Under the pieces are notes generated by a model. That model was not told where the DNA came from. It searched no databases and was given only the letters and a program-made list of their open reading frames with translations. A stretch of DNA of 64,000 nucleotides. It comes from Octopus sinensis. Its lineage: Eukaryota. The translations under genes and the position numbers were made by a program. Of this stretch, positions 26,394 to 39,707 are shown one piece after another (position 1 is the stretch's first letter; each line of letters starts with the position of its first letter). The stretch is from the NCBI RefSeq assembly GCF_006345805.1, contig NC_043007.1, forward strand, positions 7,254,001-7,318,000, given 5' to 3'.

Positions 26394-27451
26394 ATGGGTA
26401 CGGCGCCCTAGTTCAGTTTGACAAACAAGGTGATGCGCTTGGCCGCTACAGTATATTCAACTACGCCTACGACAACCTTACAGGCCAATATGCTTACAAA
26501 CACGTAGGAACGTGGGGCAAAAATCACTTGGAACTTACTGGGGATGAAATTACGTGGAGCGGGGGAACAGACCTAATACCAATGTCCAGATGTAGCAGAC
26601 CCTGCAATTATGACGAGGTGAAATCTGTACACGACACTTGTTGTTGGATTTGCATCAAGTGCGAAGACTGGGAATATCTGTATGACGAATACTCGTGCAG
26701 AGACTGCGGCCTCGGCCGATGGCCGAACGCCACTAAGCGTAGTTGCTTTAGTCTTGAGCTCCAGCACATGACTTGGAACAGCATCTACGCCATCGTGCCG
26801 CTCTCACTGTCGTGCCTCGGTATCATCGGTACGGTTACGGTGATGGTAACCTTCGTACGATATAACGACACGCCAGTTGTGATGGCGTCTGGCCGAGAGC
26901 TCAGTTACATGCTTCTCAGTGGGTGTTTGTTTTGTTATCTAATGTCATTTATACTTATAGCCAAACCGTCAATGTTCATATGTTCCGTACAACGGATCGG
27001 AGTCGGTTTTGGCTTTGCAATAATTTACTCGGCGCTCCTAACTAAGACTAACCGTATATCTCGAATATTCTACAACGCTCGCCGCTCAGCCCGGCGCCCC
27101 CCATTCATTAGTCCACGATCTCAGATCGCAATAGCTAGTATCTTAATATCGATTCAGATTGTTTTTACAGTAATATGGCTGGTTTTGGAACCACCAGGCA
27201 CTCGACATTATTTCCCTTATAACAAGAGAAATGAAGTTATACTCAAATGTAAAACGCGAGATATATCGTTCCTAGTTTCATTAATATATAACATGCTTCT
27301 CATTATAATATGTACTGTTTACGCTGTCAAGACCAGAAACATACCAGAAAACTTCAATGAATCAAAATTTATTGGTTTTTCAATGTACACAACGTGCATC
27401 ATTTGGCTTGCATTTGTTCCGATTTATTTCGGGACATTGAACGCATTCCAG
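26394..27451 (+). CDS. mGluR: Metabotropic glutamate receptor, coding exon B: end of flytrap, cysteine-rich domain, TM1-TM6
   Basis: Polypyrimidine tract and ccag| acceptor at 26393. G+AT rebuilds Asp in frame with exon A. Nine-Cys domain, TPVVMASGRELSY, LLTKTNRISRIF, KTRNIPENFNESKFIGFSMYTTCIIWLAFVPIYFGT. Donor CAG|gtaagt after 27451 (phase 0). Confidence 0.97.
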
Positions 27452-27525
27452 GTAAGTTTATTTAAATATTAATGACTGTCATTTGTGCATTGAATGAATA
27501 ATACTATTACATATATATATAAGAA

Positions 27526-28509
27526 TAATGGAAAAGAGAGACAAACGCTCAAGATGTTATTTAAATCATTTATATGACCGACATATGTTTCGATAGATGC
27601 ATTCAAATAAATCTGAGAAGATGAATAATGTGGAACAATGCAGGAATCCCATCAGGGAGGATACAATCAGCGCCCACCCTGTCAGAATTGGCTTCTGCAA
27701 CACCAATAACCTCTATTAGATTATATCCTCGCATAACAACTATATTCTTAAAGGTAAAAGGGTTTCATTTAAAAACTGCAATAACAGTAATAATAATAAT
27801 AATAATAACGATAATCTCTCCTTGAATATTAGTATCAATAGTAATAGTCCTTGTAATTGTGGTCCGAATAAATCTTGTGTTCGCAACGGAAACTGCAAAA
27901 TTAGAAACGTTGTTTACCAATGTAAAATTACCTCAGAATCTCAAGAATTCTTTTATGTTGGACTTGCTTCAACGGAATTGAAACAACGTACCGCAAATCA
28001 CCTTTCTACATTTATATACATTCATAAATGCAATTCTACAGGTCTTATTAAACTAATTTGGCATTTCAAAGACTTTATTAATCATTTTTCTTTACATTGG
28101 AAAGTTTTTTCAAGATCATTTACCTATGATAAAGGGAAATCATTCTGTCCTCTTTGTACGGACAAACAAATATTTGTCCTCTATTCCAAGCATACACTCG
28201 TCAACACCTATAAAGAGTGTATTTATGAGTGTTTACATTGAAAAACAATCGCTCTTTCGGCCATATCTACCCCTTAACTAATAATATCTGCAACTTAATC
28301 TTTATTCTTACTTCCCATACTTCCTGTTCTTTCCTTCGTCTTTTCTTTCCAACTATCCTTTATTCTATATTTGCTTACACCTCCATTTCTCCTTCAATTC
28401 TCTTTCTCTCTTCCTCCCCTTCTACTCTCACCCTTCGACGTCAAATTTCTTAACGATATTAAAAAAATTACTAGCGTTCCATGCACAACTTTGCTTTCCA
28501 TATGCATAA

Positions 28510-28588
<79 letters not shown>

Positions 28589-28797
28589 ATATATCATATC
28601 TTGTAGTTTCTACATCTGTTAAACTGACTTATTGATGTACACTGTTGTTTATGTCCTCCTCGATGAGGTTGATGCATTGTTCCACATTATTCATCCTCTT
28701 CGATTTATCTTGATGCATCTATCGAAATATAAGTCGGTGATATGGTGATAAAGATGATTTAATTAACATCTTACGGGTTTGTCTCCATTTTCCATTA
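27526..28797 (+). mobile_element. Penelope-like element remnant: GIY-YIG endonuclease between inverted pseudo-LTRs
   Basis: ORF 27822-28241 reads CNC..C..NGNC..NVVYQCKI..YVGLA..KQR..NH..W..CPLC. Inverted arms at about 27526-27672 and 28642-28797. Confidence 0.85.
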
Positions 28798-29225
28798 CCC
28801 GTCTGGCTTTTCCCCGGAATTAACTCCCACGCAAGTGTGATTACTGGCTCCTAGGACGCTTACGTGACATCTGGCTACCTTTCCTATAAATTGAACATTC
28901 ATACACACACACACATATATATATATACATATATATACATATATATACATACATATATATATACATATATACATATATATATGTATATATATATATGTGT
29001 ATATATATATACATATATACATATATACATATATATATGTATATATATATGTATATACATATATATATGTATATAAATATATATATGTATATATACATAT
29101 ATATATATGTATATATGCATACATATATATGTATATATATATATATATGTATTTATAGATATATAGATATATGTGTATACATATATGTATATATATATGT
29201 ATATATATATACATATATGTATATA

Positions 29226-29270
<45 letters not shown>

Positions 29271-30395
29271 TTTGTGTGTGTGTGTGTTTGTGTGTTTGGT
29301 ACATATAGATATATTTTTTTTTTTTGTAATTTATAGACGCTGTTTGCAACTGCTAGCCATTGAGACTTTGTGCGTTCAATGCCAGATTTTTCCTTATGTA
29401 GAGAAAGCAGCACAGATTACGTTTCTTCTCGAAGCGATAAAACTATGATTGAAATGCCCTCTTTTTTCTGTAGCGATTTTTGACGTGATTAACGAGTTCG
29501 AATTCCAAATCTTTGCTGTAGTATCAGATGATATGAAATGTTAAGATGTATACAGCATACGTTAGAGATCAAAATTCTACAACCTGGCATCTTATTGAAG
29601 CATCGATCATGTCAGCCTGTTTCATAATACATAGCCATTAAAACCGTGTCTTTTGCTGTGAAATAATGACATGCTGCACATTTCCATTTTGGTTGAATAT
29701 ATATAAAGAAGAGGTCTAACCACATTGAACACCAAGAAGTGAATTCGTAATTTAAAACAGGAATTTCAGCATTCTGTACATATTACTTAAAGTGGATTTA
29801 CATGACACAAAACTTCAAGCTATGTCTGTGATAACAAGTAGCCTCTACCAACAGCGGTACATTTCTGCATCTTTGCGCCTTATCAGGAGTAAGTACTACC
29901 AAGCAACCGCACACTTAAATTATGTCCAGAGATATAGAAAACCTGTCACTAACACGTTTCCGGGCCCTTAAATGACCGGTAGGTTGCCTAAAATTTCATT
30001 ATTTGCGGCGGAAGCAGTATTACTAAAAATAATTCTGTTGTGAGACCTTACTATATGTCACGGATAAGAATACTAGAATACGTTGTGGCCACAGTGGGGC
30101 ATTTTGTTATTTATATTTTTCTCGTGGCTTTATTTGGTCAATAATGGTACATCGACTGACTTTTAAATCACTCCTTAGTTTTTATTCTTAACTAAGTGTA
30201 TATGACATTTCCAAACTGATGTTGCCAATCAGCTATGCCACTTCAGCGGTAACGTTACATTTTGGCCTAGAATGGAAACATCATACAAGAATTGCAGCCT
30301 AGCTAGGTTTCTATCAACAAAAGGCTCTCTGGTGTTTTCTTTCGCTCAGTTCTTGTGCATGCAACCCACGTTCATTGGCTTCATAAGACTTATTT

Positions 30396-30742
30396 AGCAC
30401 GCCGGGCGAAATACTTAGTGGTATTTGTCAGCCGTTACGTTCTGAGTTCAAATTCCGCCGAGGTCGGCTTTGCCTGTCATCCTTTCGGGCTCGATTAAAT
30501 AAGTACCAGTTACGCACTGGGGCTGATGTCTGTCCTTCTTTGTTTGTCCTCTCTGTGTTCAGCCCCTTGTGGGTAGTAAAGAAATAGGTATTTCGTCTGT
30601 CCTTATGTTCTGAGTTCAAATTCCCCCGAAGTCGACTTTCATCTTTTCGGGGTCGATAAATTAAGTACCAGTTGCGTACTAGGATCGATGTAATCGACTG
30701 GCCCATCCCCCAAAATTTCGGGATTTGTGCCTAGAGTAGAGA
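30396..30742 (+). mobile_element. SINE family A dimer (tail 1 copy followed by tail 2 copy)
   Basis: Two consecutive cores; junction ..gtaaagaaata|ggtatttcgtctg. Confidence 0.88.
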
Positions 30743-30806
30743 GCACTAATGGTTTATGACACGAGCTTTCTTTTCAATTACGCTTCTTTTGCGATGTCAA
30801 TAAGTT

Positions 30807-30925
30807 CCGTATCTGTTGCTACATCTGTTGCCGTATCTGTCCCAGATCTGTTGACGTATCTGTCCCACATCTGTTGCCGTATCTGTTTCCACATCTGTTG
30901 CCGTATCTGTCCCACATCTGTTGCC
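30807..30925. repeat. 12/24-bp minisatellite (ccgtatctgtcc/cacatctgttg)
   Basis: About 10 units containing atctgt. Confidence 0.9.
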
Positions 30926-32722
30926 TGCATGATTATATATATATAGAGTAACATTGTTTTTGTTTTTTTAAAACAGACATCATTTAGCAGCCATTTAACT
31001 TCATCTCATTGCTATTGTTTGGGTTGCATTGAAAACTTGATTCAACGAATTTCGTTGAATCACGTCATAATCGGCTTCTGTTATTTTCACTTCTTCATCG
31101 AGGTCGATCGCTAGATGGATAAATATACATGTTTATAAACACCCACACACACCCATACATATGCATATGCGCGCACGCGCACACACACACACACACGCAC
31201 GCACACAGATGCACACACATATATATAAATGTGACCGCGTGTGTACCGTTGGCGATTTTTTTTCCTCTGTCTTCCCTTCTCTGGATGTTTCCTTCTCATA
31301 TGTTTCCGACGAAGAGCTCCGCTCGAGTCGTTAAACCCTCCTTCTTGCCTTCTTTCCTGAGCGTCCAATAATACTATATTTGTTCCACATCCTCGCGTTG
31401 TTGTGTTTTTTTTGTGCTTTCATGTCTGGATTAACTATATATATATATAGCAGTCTTCTTTGCGGCACATCGACAGAAGTAAAGCCGCTAAGTTGGTTTC
31501 GCCACACATAGGGTTTGAAGACCAACTGCACGCAACATACAGTAAAATCGAGAATCGTGTAGAGATCGTTGCTGTATGCGTATGGCTTTTTGAAATGCAA
31601 TTTATGCGCAGTTGAAAGATTGTTTTCTTTATAGACCAAAAAATTCCTCCACATTATTGAATTCGAGAACCTAAATTTTCGGCAAGTGAAAAGATATGGA
31701 GAAATTTCTTTTGGAGAACTGAAGGACACTGCCCTCTCTGGATTGAGCAGCTGTCTCCTGGTTTTGAACTCTTCTCCGTTGAATAACAACAGTAACTGGT
31801 TTAATCATGACTTTCTACGATCAGGGGCACGTAACTCTTATTTTCTCTCTTTTCTTTCCTTTCTTTTTCCGTTTTTATTCAGTCTCTGTCTTCTCTTTCC
31901 ACTTTTTCCACCAACCTTTTCGTTCTTTCTCGTAGTTTCTCTCGCACCAGAGTCCTGATTTTCAAATTGAACAAACCATGAGCTCAGAGACATTTGATTG
32001 CTTCAAGATATAAAGCACGTTATAATAACCTGTAAAACCGCGTTTCGTAATAGCCAGAAACTGCTAGTAACCCTTATTTTAATACAGTCTACATTAAACA
32101 GATGCTTACATACATACATACATACATACATACACACATATATTTATTTATAGGGAGGTGAAGAGAGAGCTAATGCATGCTGCGCCTCCCATTCAATGTC
32201 TAATGTTAGTTTCTAGTAATTTACGCAGAGCAATCTTCAGTGAACTGGAGTATCATTGTTGAACAAAGAGGGGACGATGCTAGCATTTATCAAAACTATA
32301 CATTTATTATGCAGAATCCTATATAATCTGAATTTAGCCAATTCGTAGTCCTTTGGAAATAACGATAACAACTGAAAATGTAAAGCGCAACGTTTTACGT
32401 TTTAATGTTGAAGATATTTCATTTAATTCACTCTCCATAACTTACGCCTGAGATAATAGGACGTTGTGCCGTCTGGAAAGAAAGGGATCTTTATATAGGG
32501 CTGGCAAGATATTGATGTTATTAGCTTCCCTAATAACCAATATGTTAAAGAATTTTTGCAACAAATGCAAATTAAGAGACTCAATATTTACTGTAATTAG
32601 AAATATCTTCACGTTCACAAAGTTGTTGCCAGTCCGCTTCAGAAAATCAGGTTTCAATAGACAGCACCATACACACGCTCGCATAAACACACACGCTCGC
32701 ATAAACACACACACACACACAC

Positions 32723-32758
<36 letters not shown>

Positions 32759-32781
32759 AATATATACATATGTATACATAT

Positions 32782-32830
<49 letters not shown>

Positions 32831-32880
32831 CACACATATACATATATACATATACATCCAGATTTATAAATATACATACA

Positions 32881-32928
<48 letters not shown>

Positions 32929-33455
32929 CATACATACATACATACATACATACATACATACATACATACATACATAATATATATATACATATATGGATAT
33001 ATGCATATATTTATCTATGAAATTATTATTATATGCACGCAGAATGGTGAAAATGAAATCAACGTGTGTAACCATTCTTAGCACGTTCCAGCAAGCTTAG
33101 AATATGATTTTCGCTGTTGGGTCTTATCTTGAAAAACAACCCCTCCCCATTAGCTGACACGTGCTGACAACACATTCCATTGTAACGTGGTAGACACCAA
33201 TGTTTCAGGAATACCGTGCCTTCTGACTGAGAGATAATGCCGCCCAATTATTTAAGACGAATCAAAGATGACCATTTTTATTTACAAAAGTCATCAAACA
33301 AAAAATATTTTATATTTTCTTATGCGTGGAAATATCTGCCAGGAGGGCATAATGGCGAACACGCAGAACAGTGTGAGTCAAGGCAATCAGAAGCACATCC
33401 ACTTACTAATATGTGAAGCCTGTTAGCAATAGATTTACTAACAATTATGGGCATG

Positions 33456-33530
<75 letters not shown>

Positions 33531-33538
33531 TATATATA

Positions 33539-33603
33539 GGCGCAGGAGTGGTTCTGTGGTAAGTAGCTTGCTCACTAACCCCATAGTTCCGGATTCAGTC
33601 CCA
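33539..33603 (+). mobile_element. SINE family B 5' head, cut off by the adjacent PLE
   Basis: ggcgcaggagtggttctgtggtaagtagcttgct..ggattcagtccca. Confidence 0.8.
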
Positions 33604-34720
33604 TTTTTTTTCCATACAAGATCAGCTGTACCCGATTTATCAATATCTCCTCGCGTCCCGCTTTGCGATCTTCCTCTACTCTTATTCTGAATGTTTCGCA
33701 TTTGTATAACCTACCACAGCTGCTTGGGATGCAGTACATGCAGATCTTAGTCATATTCTCTGCTATTGGTGCTTTTACTCGAAGGAGATATTTGCGAAGT
33801 GTTGTATTACTTTTGAATACTGTCCTGATGTCATGCAGGCCACATATCTTTATTATCTTTTCGGAGAGGCCTTTCACATAGAGTAGACAGACGGTGGACA
33901 GTTTATCGGTTTCATCCTCTCTTTTCTTCATAATTGGAGTGGAGAGTATGCTTTTGGGGTAGTTGTTGCTTAATAGATTGTTACTGCGGTTGATCATTTC
34001 TTCGTGGTGTGTATCACGATCGCTACTTATATTATTTGCACGATGTTTTAGGCACTGAGCAATCCCTCTCCTTACACTGTATGGATAGTGGGAGTTGAAG
34101 ATGAGGTATTGTCCAGTGAAGGTCAGCTTGCGGTATACGGATGTCTTGAATCCATACTTGGTGCATGTTATTAATACGTCCAGGAATGCTAGCTGATTGT
34201 CTTTTTCCTTTTCCATAGTGAACTGTATGGATGGCTTTATTGAGTTCACATGATCTAACAGCACTTGGACATCTTCCTGGTGGGGCCAGAGTATAAAGGT
34301 GTCATCAACATATCGCAGCCATGGGGTTGGTTTTAGTGGTGTTGATCCTAAAGCCAAATTCTCAAAGTATTCCATGTATATATTGGCTATTATCGTTGAT
34401 AATGGCGAACCCATAGCTAGATCCTCTTCCTGCCGACAAATACCAGTGTCCATACTGACGTGGGTAGTTTCTACACAGAGGGTCAACATTTCCAGCAAGT
34501 TTCTTATTGGTATACTAGTGCGTTCTTTTAGATGGGTGTCTGTCACTAGTTTTTCTTGAATCACCGACAGTGCTTCACCAGTTGCAACTTTGGTGAATAA
34601 ACTTACATCTAGACTCACAATCTGGTTGGGTTCAATAGGGGTATCCTTGATCAATTCTGTGAAGTGGGTGGAATTCTTCACGTACGATGTTGACTTTCCT
34701 GCAAAGACAGCAGTTTAATG
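33604..34720 (-). mobile_element. Penelope-like retroelement fragment: reverse transcriptase and start of GIY-YIG
   Basis: 368-aa ORF: KNSTHF, SLDVSLFTKV, LAMGSPLS..ANIYME, WLRYVDDTF, FTMEKEKDNQLAFLDV, VYRK, MYCIP.SCGRLY..ET. Confidence 0.92.
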
Positions 34721-35267
34721 TTTGCCAAAGTCTTTTGTCGCATGCCACACTTCGATTTTGGCCCCCACCACAAATAATATAATAGACAAGGTATATAGCA
34801 TATATATATGTGTGTGTGTGTGTACATACATATGTACAAGAGGCAAGACGCATTTTTGCCTGTCTACTGTCAAAGCTTGTTTCTCCAGCGTTCACCACTT
34901 CACCTCATTGTGGCTTAACAGCCCTTACCGTTTGTTTTAACTCTCCTCTTTTTGGTACCAAATTTGACCCTCTACAAATCCCAAATTTTATTTAATTTGC
35001 TTTGCGGGAACCACTGTTTTGACGAAGACGCATCTTATCCTAACATTCGAAAATGCGGAGTAGATAACAGAGGGGACAACTGATGAAAGGATTGGTTTTT
35101 ATGTTACCTATCTTGTTTCTCTGTTTTCTATTTTTTTTTGTTTTTCATGTTGTTCACGTTTATTTTGACGTACTGTACCGATATATGCAAGTGTATATAC
35201 ACATATATGTAGGTATCTACATGTATGTGTGCATACATATTTTTTAATATAATATATATATACATAC

Positions 35268-35323
<56 letters not shown>

Positions 35324-36292
35324 TAATAGGATGTTTAAATTAAAACTTTATGGCAAGTAGTTTAATGCATGCTAGTTACGCTCCTATCTGAAGTAACCCC
35401 TAACCCCACATGCCAGTGATAATACTCACACATCCCAGTGCAGGGGCATTTCTGCTTTGACAAGTATTTCAGCAGAATGAGACTTATGAGAGATTTGGTT
35501 GCTATATCTAGAAGATTGAGCGGCGACTGCGCAGCGCTTCGCCGATGATTAATTAAATATTATTAGTTAAACTAAGAACGGACTTGGTAAATTGTTTTTG
35601 ATATTAGCTTCAGGCCAGATGAGTAACTATCCATAGAATGTTATATATTCGTTGAAACTGTTCATGATTACAGAATCAAAAGAAAGAATTGTGAATGAAT
35701 AATTAGGTTTATCAATAACAATTACAGGAGTCCATGTCACCCTGAATGACTTCTTTGTTTTCAGAATGATTGAAGAGTTCATTGCTTGCGGGGAATGGCT
35801 TGTCTATGTGAGCGATTGCTTGTCGGCCATCGTTTTAAGTTGTTTGACATTTGCATAGATTGCTTCTGTTTCTTTCAATATTAGAAATGCAATAGTCCAC
35901 CGAATACCTGAGAAACACTTTAAGCTTCTTATTCCAAAAGACGGGGATTATAATTGCAAATGTCTCAAGAAATGATTGTTTATCTTTGCAAAGAGTTGGA
36001 TTGCGCATAACAGTTTGAAGACAGCCTAAGGAGACATGCTTTCTGTTACTGTGTCCCTATTTCAAATTCTCTTTCTAATATAAAAATGAGCTTCTTTACC
36101 TATCTTTGACTGCTTGAATACAGCGGTTGATCGGCGGAAGCATTAACTTTGAACAAAGTGGCTGACAGTATTTTGTTCCGGTTTAATACGGTCTAAGTTT
36201 AAATCAAATCATGATCAACTTTGCGTTTCTTACTTCCAAGTTCTATAAAATAAAGTACCAATCATGTATTGAGAGATTGAATTTCATGGGTC

Positions 36293-36633
36293 GTGGTAAG
36301 TAGCTTGCTCACCAACCACATAGTTCCGGGTTCAGTCTCACTGCGTGGTACCTTGGGCAAATGTCTTCTACTATATCTCCAGACAGGCCAATGCCTTGTA
36401 AGCCCGTCATATATATACATATATATGTATGTGTTTGTGTCTGTGTTTGTCCTCCCACTACCATCGCTTGACAACCGATACTGGTGTGTTTACGTCCCCG
36501 GTTCGGCAAAAGAGACTGATTGAATAAATACTAGGCTTACAAACAATATGTCCTGTAGTCGATTTGTTCGACTAAAGGCGGTGTTCCAGCATGGCGCAGT
36601 CAAATGACTGAAACAAATAAAAGAATAAAAGAA
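36293..36633 (+). mobile_element. SINE family B
   Basis: High similarity to 60540-60953 with internal deletions; preceded by a degenerate family A core (about 36165-36262). Confidence 0.88.
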
Positions 36634-36689
36634 TATATATGTAGTTAGATTTACCTTGGCGGAATGAGTTGCGGCCATGGGTTTTGCAG

Positions 36690-37450
36690 ATTCTCCATGA
36701 CAAAAGAAATCATAATATTTGATGTTCGCCTCAGTTGCAATTTGGTGACCAAAAACACGAGAAGAAACGAGGCAAAATAAGGAATTTCTTCATAATTGTT
36801 CGACAGTATCTAACCTCCCTCAGATCAGTCCATGTATATACAGAGGAAGGGTTCATTCGATACTTTAATATGCTAAATAAACATAAAGAAAAATTATCAC
36901 TTCTAGAATGCCTATTAACCTTGAGAAGGGCAAGATTGGTACTAAACAATAAAACGTATTTAGGAATGTAAGACCAACGTACTGATAAGGAAGAATGGCT
37001 GAGGTGAAAGAAGTGGCACAGTATAAGTGTCTTTGGACGAAATGACAATAAACTTGCAAGTTTCGAGAAGTAGGGGCCAGTGTAACATCAGTAGAAAGGT
37101 AGAAGAAGAGTCTGAGTGTGATTGCGAGCGAATTCATACCAAATAATTTAAGGGAGTCCTTTTTGGTGTAAACTGTCTGCATATGCAGTACCATGCCTGA
37201 TATAGTAGCAGTAGACCCCGTTGTGGTTCACTTGAGCTTTGCATAGGATTTGTGATTTTCAGAAGCTGAAATGGTTTCATCGTCTGAAGAGGGAGACCAA
37301 ACTTTGCGACGCAGTTTTTGCGAAGTTGAGAATGTCAGGAGTCACCGTTTGTAGCGACGTTAAGGATTTTGATTGTATGTTCATGTTTAAGATGTTTAAA
37401 TATTGCAATCTAGATATTTGGTTGTGGCGTTGATAAAGATGAGATCAACA
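36690..37450 (-). mobile_element. Highly decayed LINE 3' region (CR1/L2/Jockey group)
   Basis: Broken frames such as LLLPFY*CYTGPYFSKLASLL resemble the post-RT region of these LINEs; no intact motif. Confidence 0.35.
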
Positions 37451-39473
37451 TCATTCTACTTGTAGCTATATTTTAAAACAACTGTTCATGGATTCAGTGC
37501 AGTTTTCAGGTGAGGCTTTTTGGCTGCAAGCAAGCAACTCGTGGATGTTAAAGGTTAGGGAGGCACGAAGGAAAATACCGCCTCACTCGACCACCACTAC
37601 CCCCACCCCCGAGAAAGAGATATGCTTTATGATTTATTACTGGTCGGACACATTCAGCTGGGAAAGAAATTGGGAAAAAAACACTTTGCTCCAGAGAGTA
37701 TAAGATTACTGATAGTCTCACGAGAGAGGTATTTTGTGCAAGATATTTGAACTTATACGTGCGCTTCGCTGTATTTTGGAGTGAATTTTGAATTTAAATA
37801 GTAGCATGGATAGCATGTACAGCTATAGATGGTGAAGTGAAGTTTAAATATCTGGGAAAGGACAAACTTATATATTTTATGTGCAAGTAGCGGGTGGTCT
37901 GTAGCGGTTCAGATCGGATGGGAGCCTTTGAATATAAGAGAAGATAATTTGAATATGTCTAAGAAGATTTAATGGTGCTTTGGGATTTTGGAAAAAGGAA
38001 ATATTTTTAGGGAAGTGTATACGCTGGAAGTGTAGATCAGGAGATAGACTGATAGTCACAAACATGGCACACACACACACACACACACATACTATATATA
38101 TATATATATATATATATGGGGAGGGGAGAGAAATGATTGAATAAATATCATGTCTGTATTTGTATCAAGTTATTTTCTCTCGTGTTAGTTAATCTGATCA
38201 CACTATTACTTTGCAATGAATACTAGATTAAATTATTTACCTTATAATTTATTATAAATTTATTCTTCCATATTAGCTAACACGAACACACTAAAGGAAA
38301 TTTTGTTTATGAAGAAGCTCATTGTAACTCCATTCTGAAAGTGGTAGCGTGACTAAGTCTTGCTGTATTTCCATTTACATGATTTTTTCCTTTTATATTT
38401 TCATATGTTTTACACCTCGGCATTATAACTTCTTTGATATTGCCTCTCATAGGCAGAAATTGATATGGTATAAAATTTAACATTTCAGTTCACATCTTAA
38501 ACAGATAACTATTTTATAGGTGATATGAAATACACGAGCAAGCTTCAGTTGCTATGATTATTTTAATATGTTCGATATTTTGACAACATTAGAGATATTT
38601 TCTAGTTGTCTTCGATGATATTAAAAACGGAAGAGAAAAAAGACAGAAAGGGGGGGTGCAGAATTTCCTCAGCAGAATGAATAAATGACTGAACACCATA
38701 ACTAATAGATTGTACGAATGAATAAGTTATTGATTAAATAGATAACCACATGAAGCTGCTTAATAATAACATGTTTCTCATTTATATGAATAACCTTTAT
38801 CTGATAGATGCTCTCTGAAGAGACGAAAACGAAAAGTAGGTTCCTAAGAAGAAGTTTAATGTGTTACTATCAGAAAATAATTTCTGAGGCAATTGAAAGT
38901 TCGTGCGAAATTCGTTCGGTCATCTTTCACTTATACGACTATGGTGTCTACAAAAGAAAGTAAAATATTTGAGTGTTTTTTTATTTCTTTCCGGAAAATC
39001 ACAACATATAAAGTTATAACATTTTTCTTATTTTCAGCTGACATTTATAACTTGAAGTGCAACATTGTTATATATTTACCGATAAATATTTCAACCCGCT
39101 TAAGAGAATATACGAAACATCCAAGAATAAGGGTGGTCTACAAGAACAAGGGTTGTCTTACATCGATATAAAATATTTAAGGAAATATAATGATTAAATT
39201 TAGCGCGAAACCAACAATTTTGAGAGGAGACATATAGTCGGCCGTGTTATATTTTATCAACTCCGAAAGTATAAAAGCAACGGTGCCGTCGGTGGATCTT
39301 GAACTCAGAATGTATGTGAATAGATAGAACAAATATTACAAAGTATTTTTCCAATGCTCCAACGATTCTGCCGGCCCTCGCCTTCGCATTTAGGAAGTAT
39401 AATAAGAAAAAAATATACGACGATGTGTTGCGAGCTAGAAACTAAATATGAGGCTGGTATTCCCTCTCAGTAA

Positions 39474-39707
39474 GGCGGCGAGGGGCTGGCAGAAACGTTA
39501 GCACGCCGGGCGAAATGCTTCGCAGTATTTCGTCTGCCGTTACGTTCTGAGTTCAAATTCCGCCGCGGTCGACTTTGCCTTTCATCCTTTCGGGGTCGAT
39601 TAAATAAGTACCAGTTACGCACTGGGGTCGATCTAATCGACTTAATCCGTTTGTTTGTCCTTGTTTGTCCCTTCTGTGTTTAGCCCCTTGTGGGTAGTAA
39701 AGAAAAA
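39474..39707 (+). mobile_element. SINE family A, tail type 1, full length, 18-bp TSD
   Basis: TSD ggtattccctctcagtaa at 39456-39473 and 39708-39725. Confidence 0.93.

Noticed and set aside
30807-30925. CRISPR-like array (also 6496-6600)
   Set aside because: Tandem minisatellites without unique spacers, in eukaryotic DNA with no cas genes.
35015-35130. ttgacgaag..cgaaa and ctgatgaaagg as hammerheads
   Set aside because: I could not build the stems; possibly a decayed pLTR, but not supportable.
38811-38840. ctgaagagacgaaaacgaaaagtagg as a hammerhead
   Set aside because: No real stem II or stem III; likely a chance match.
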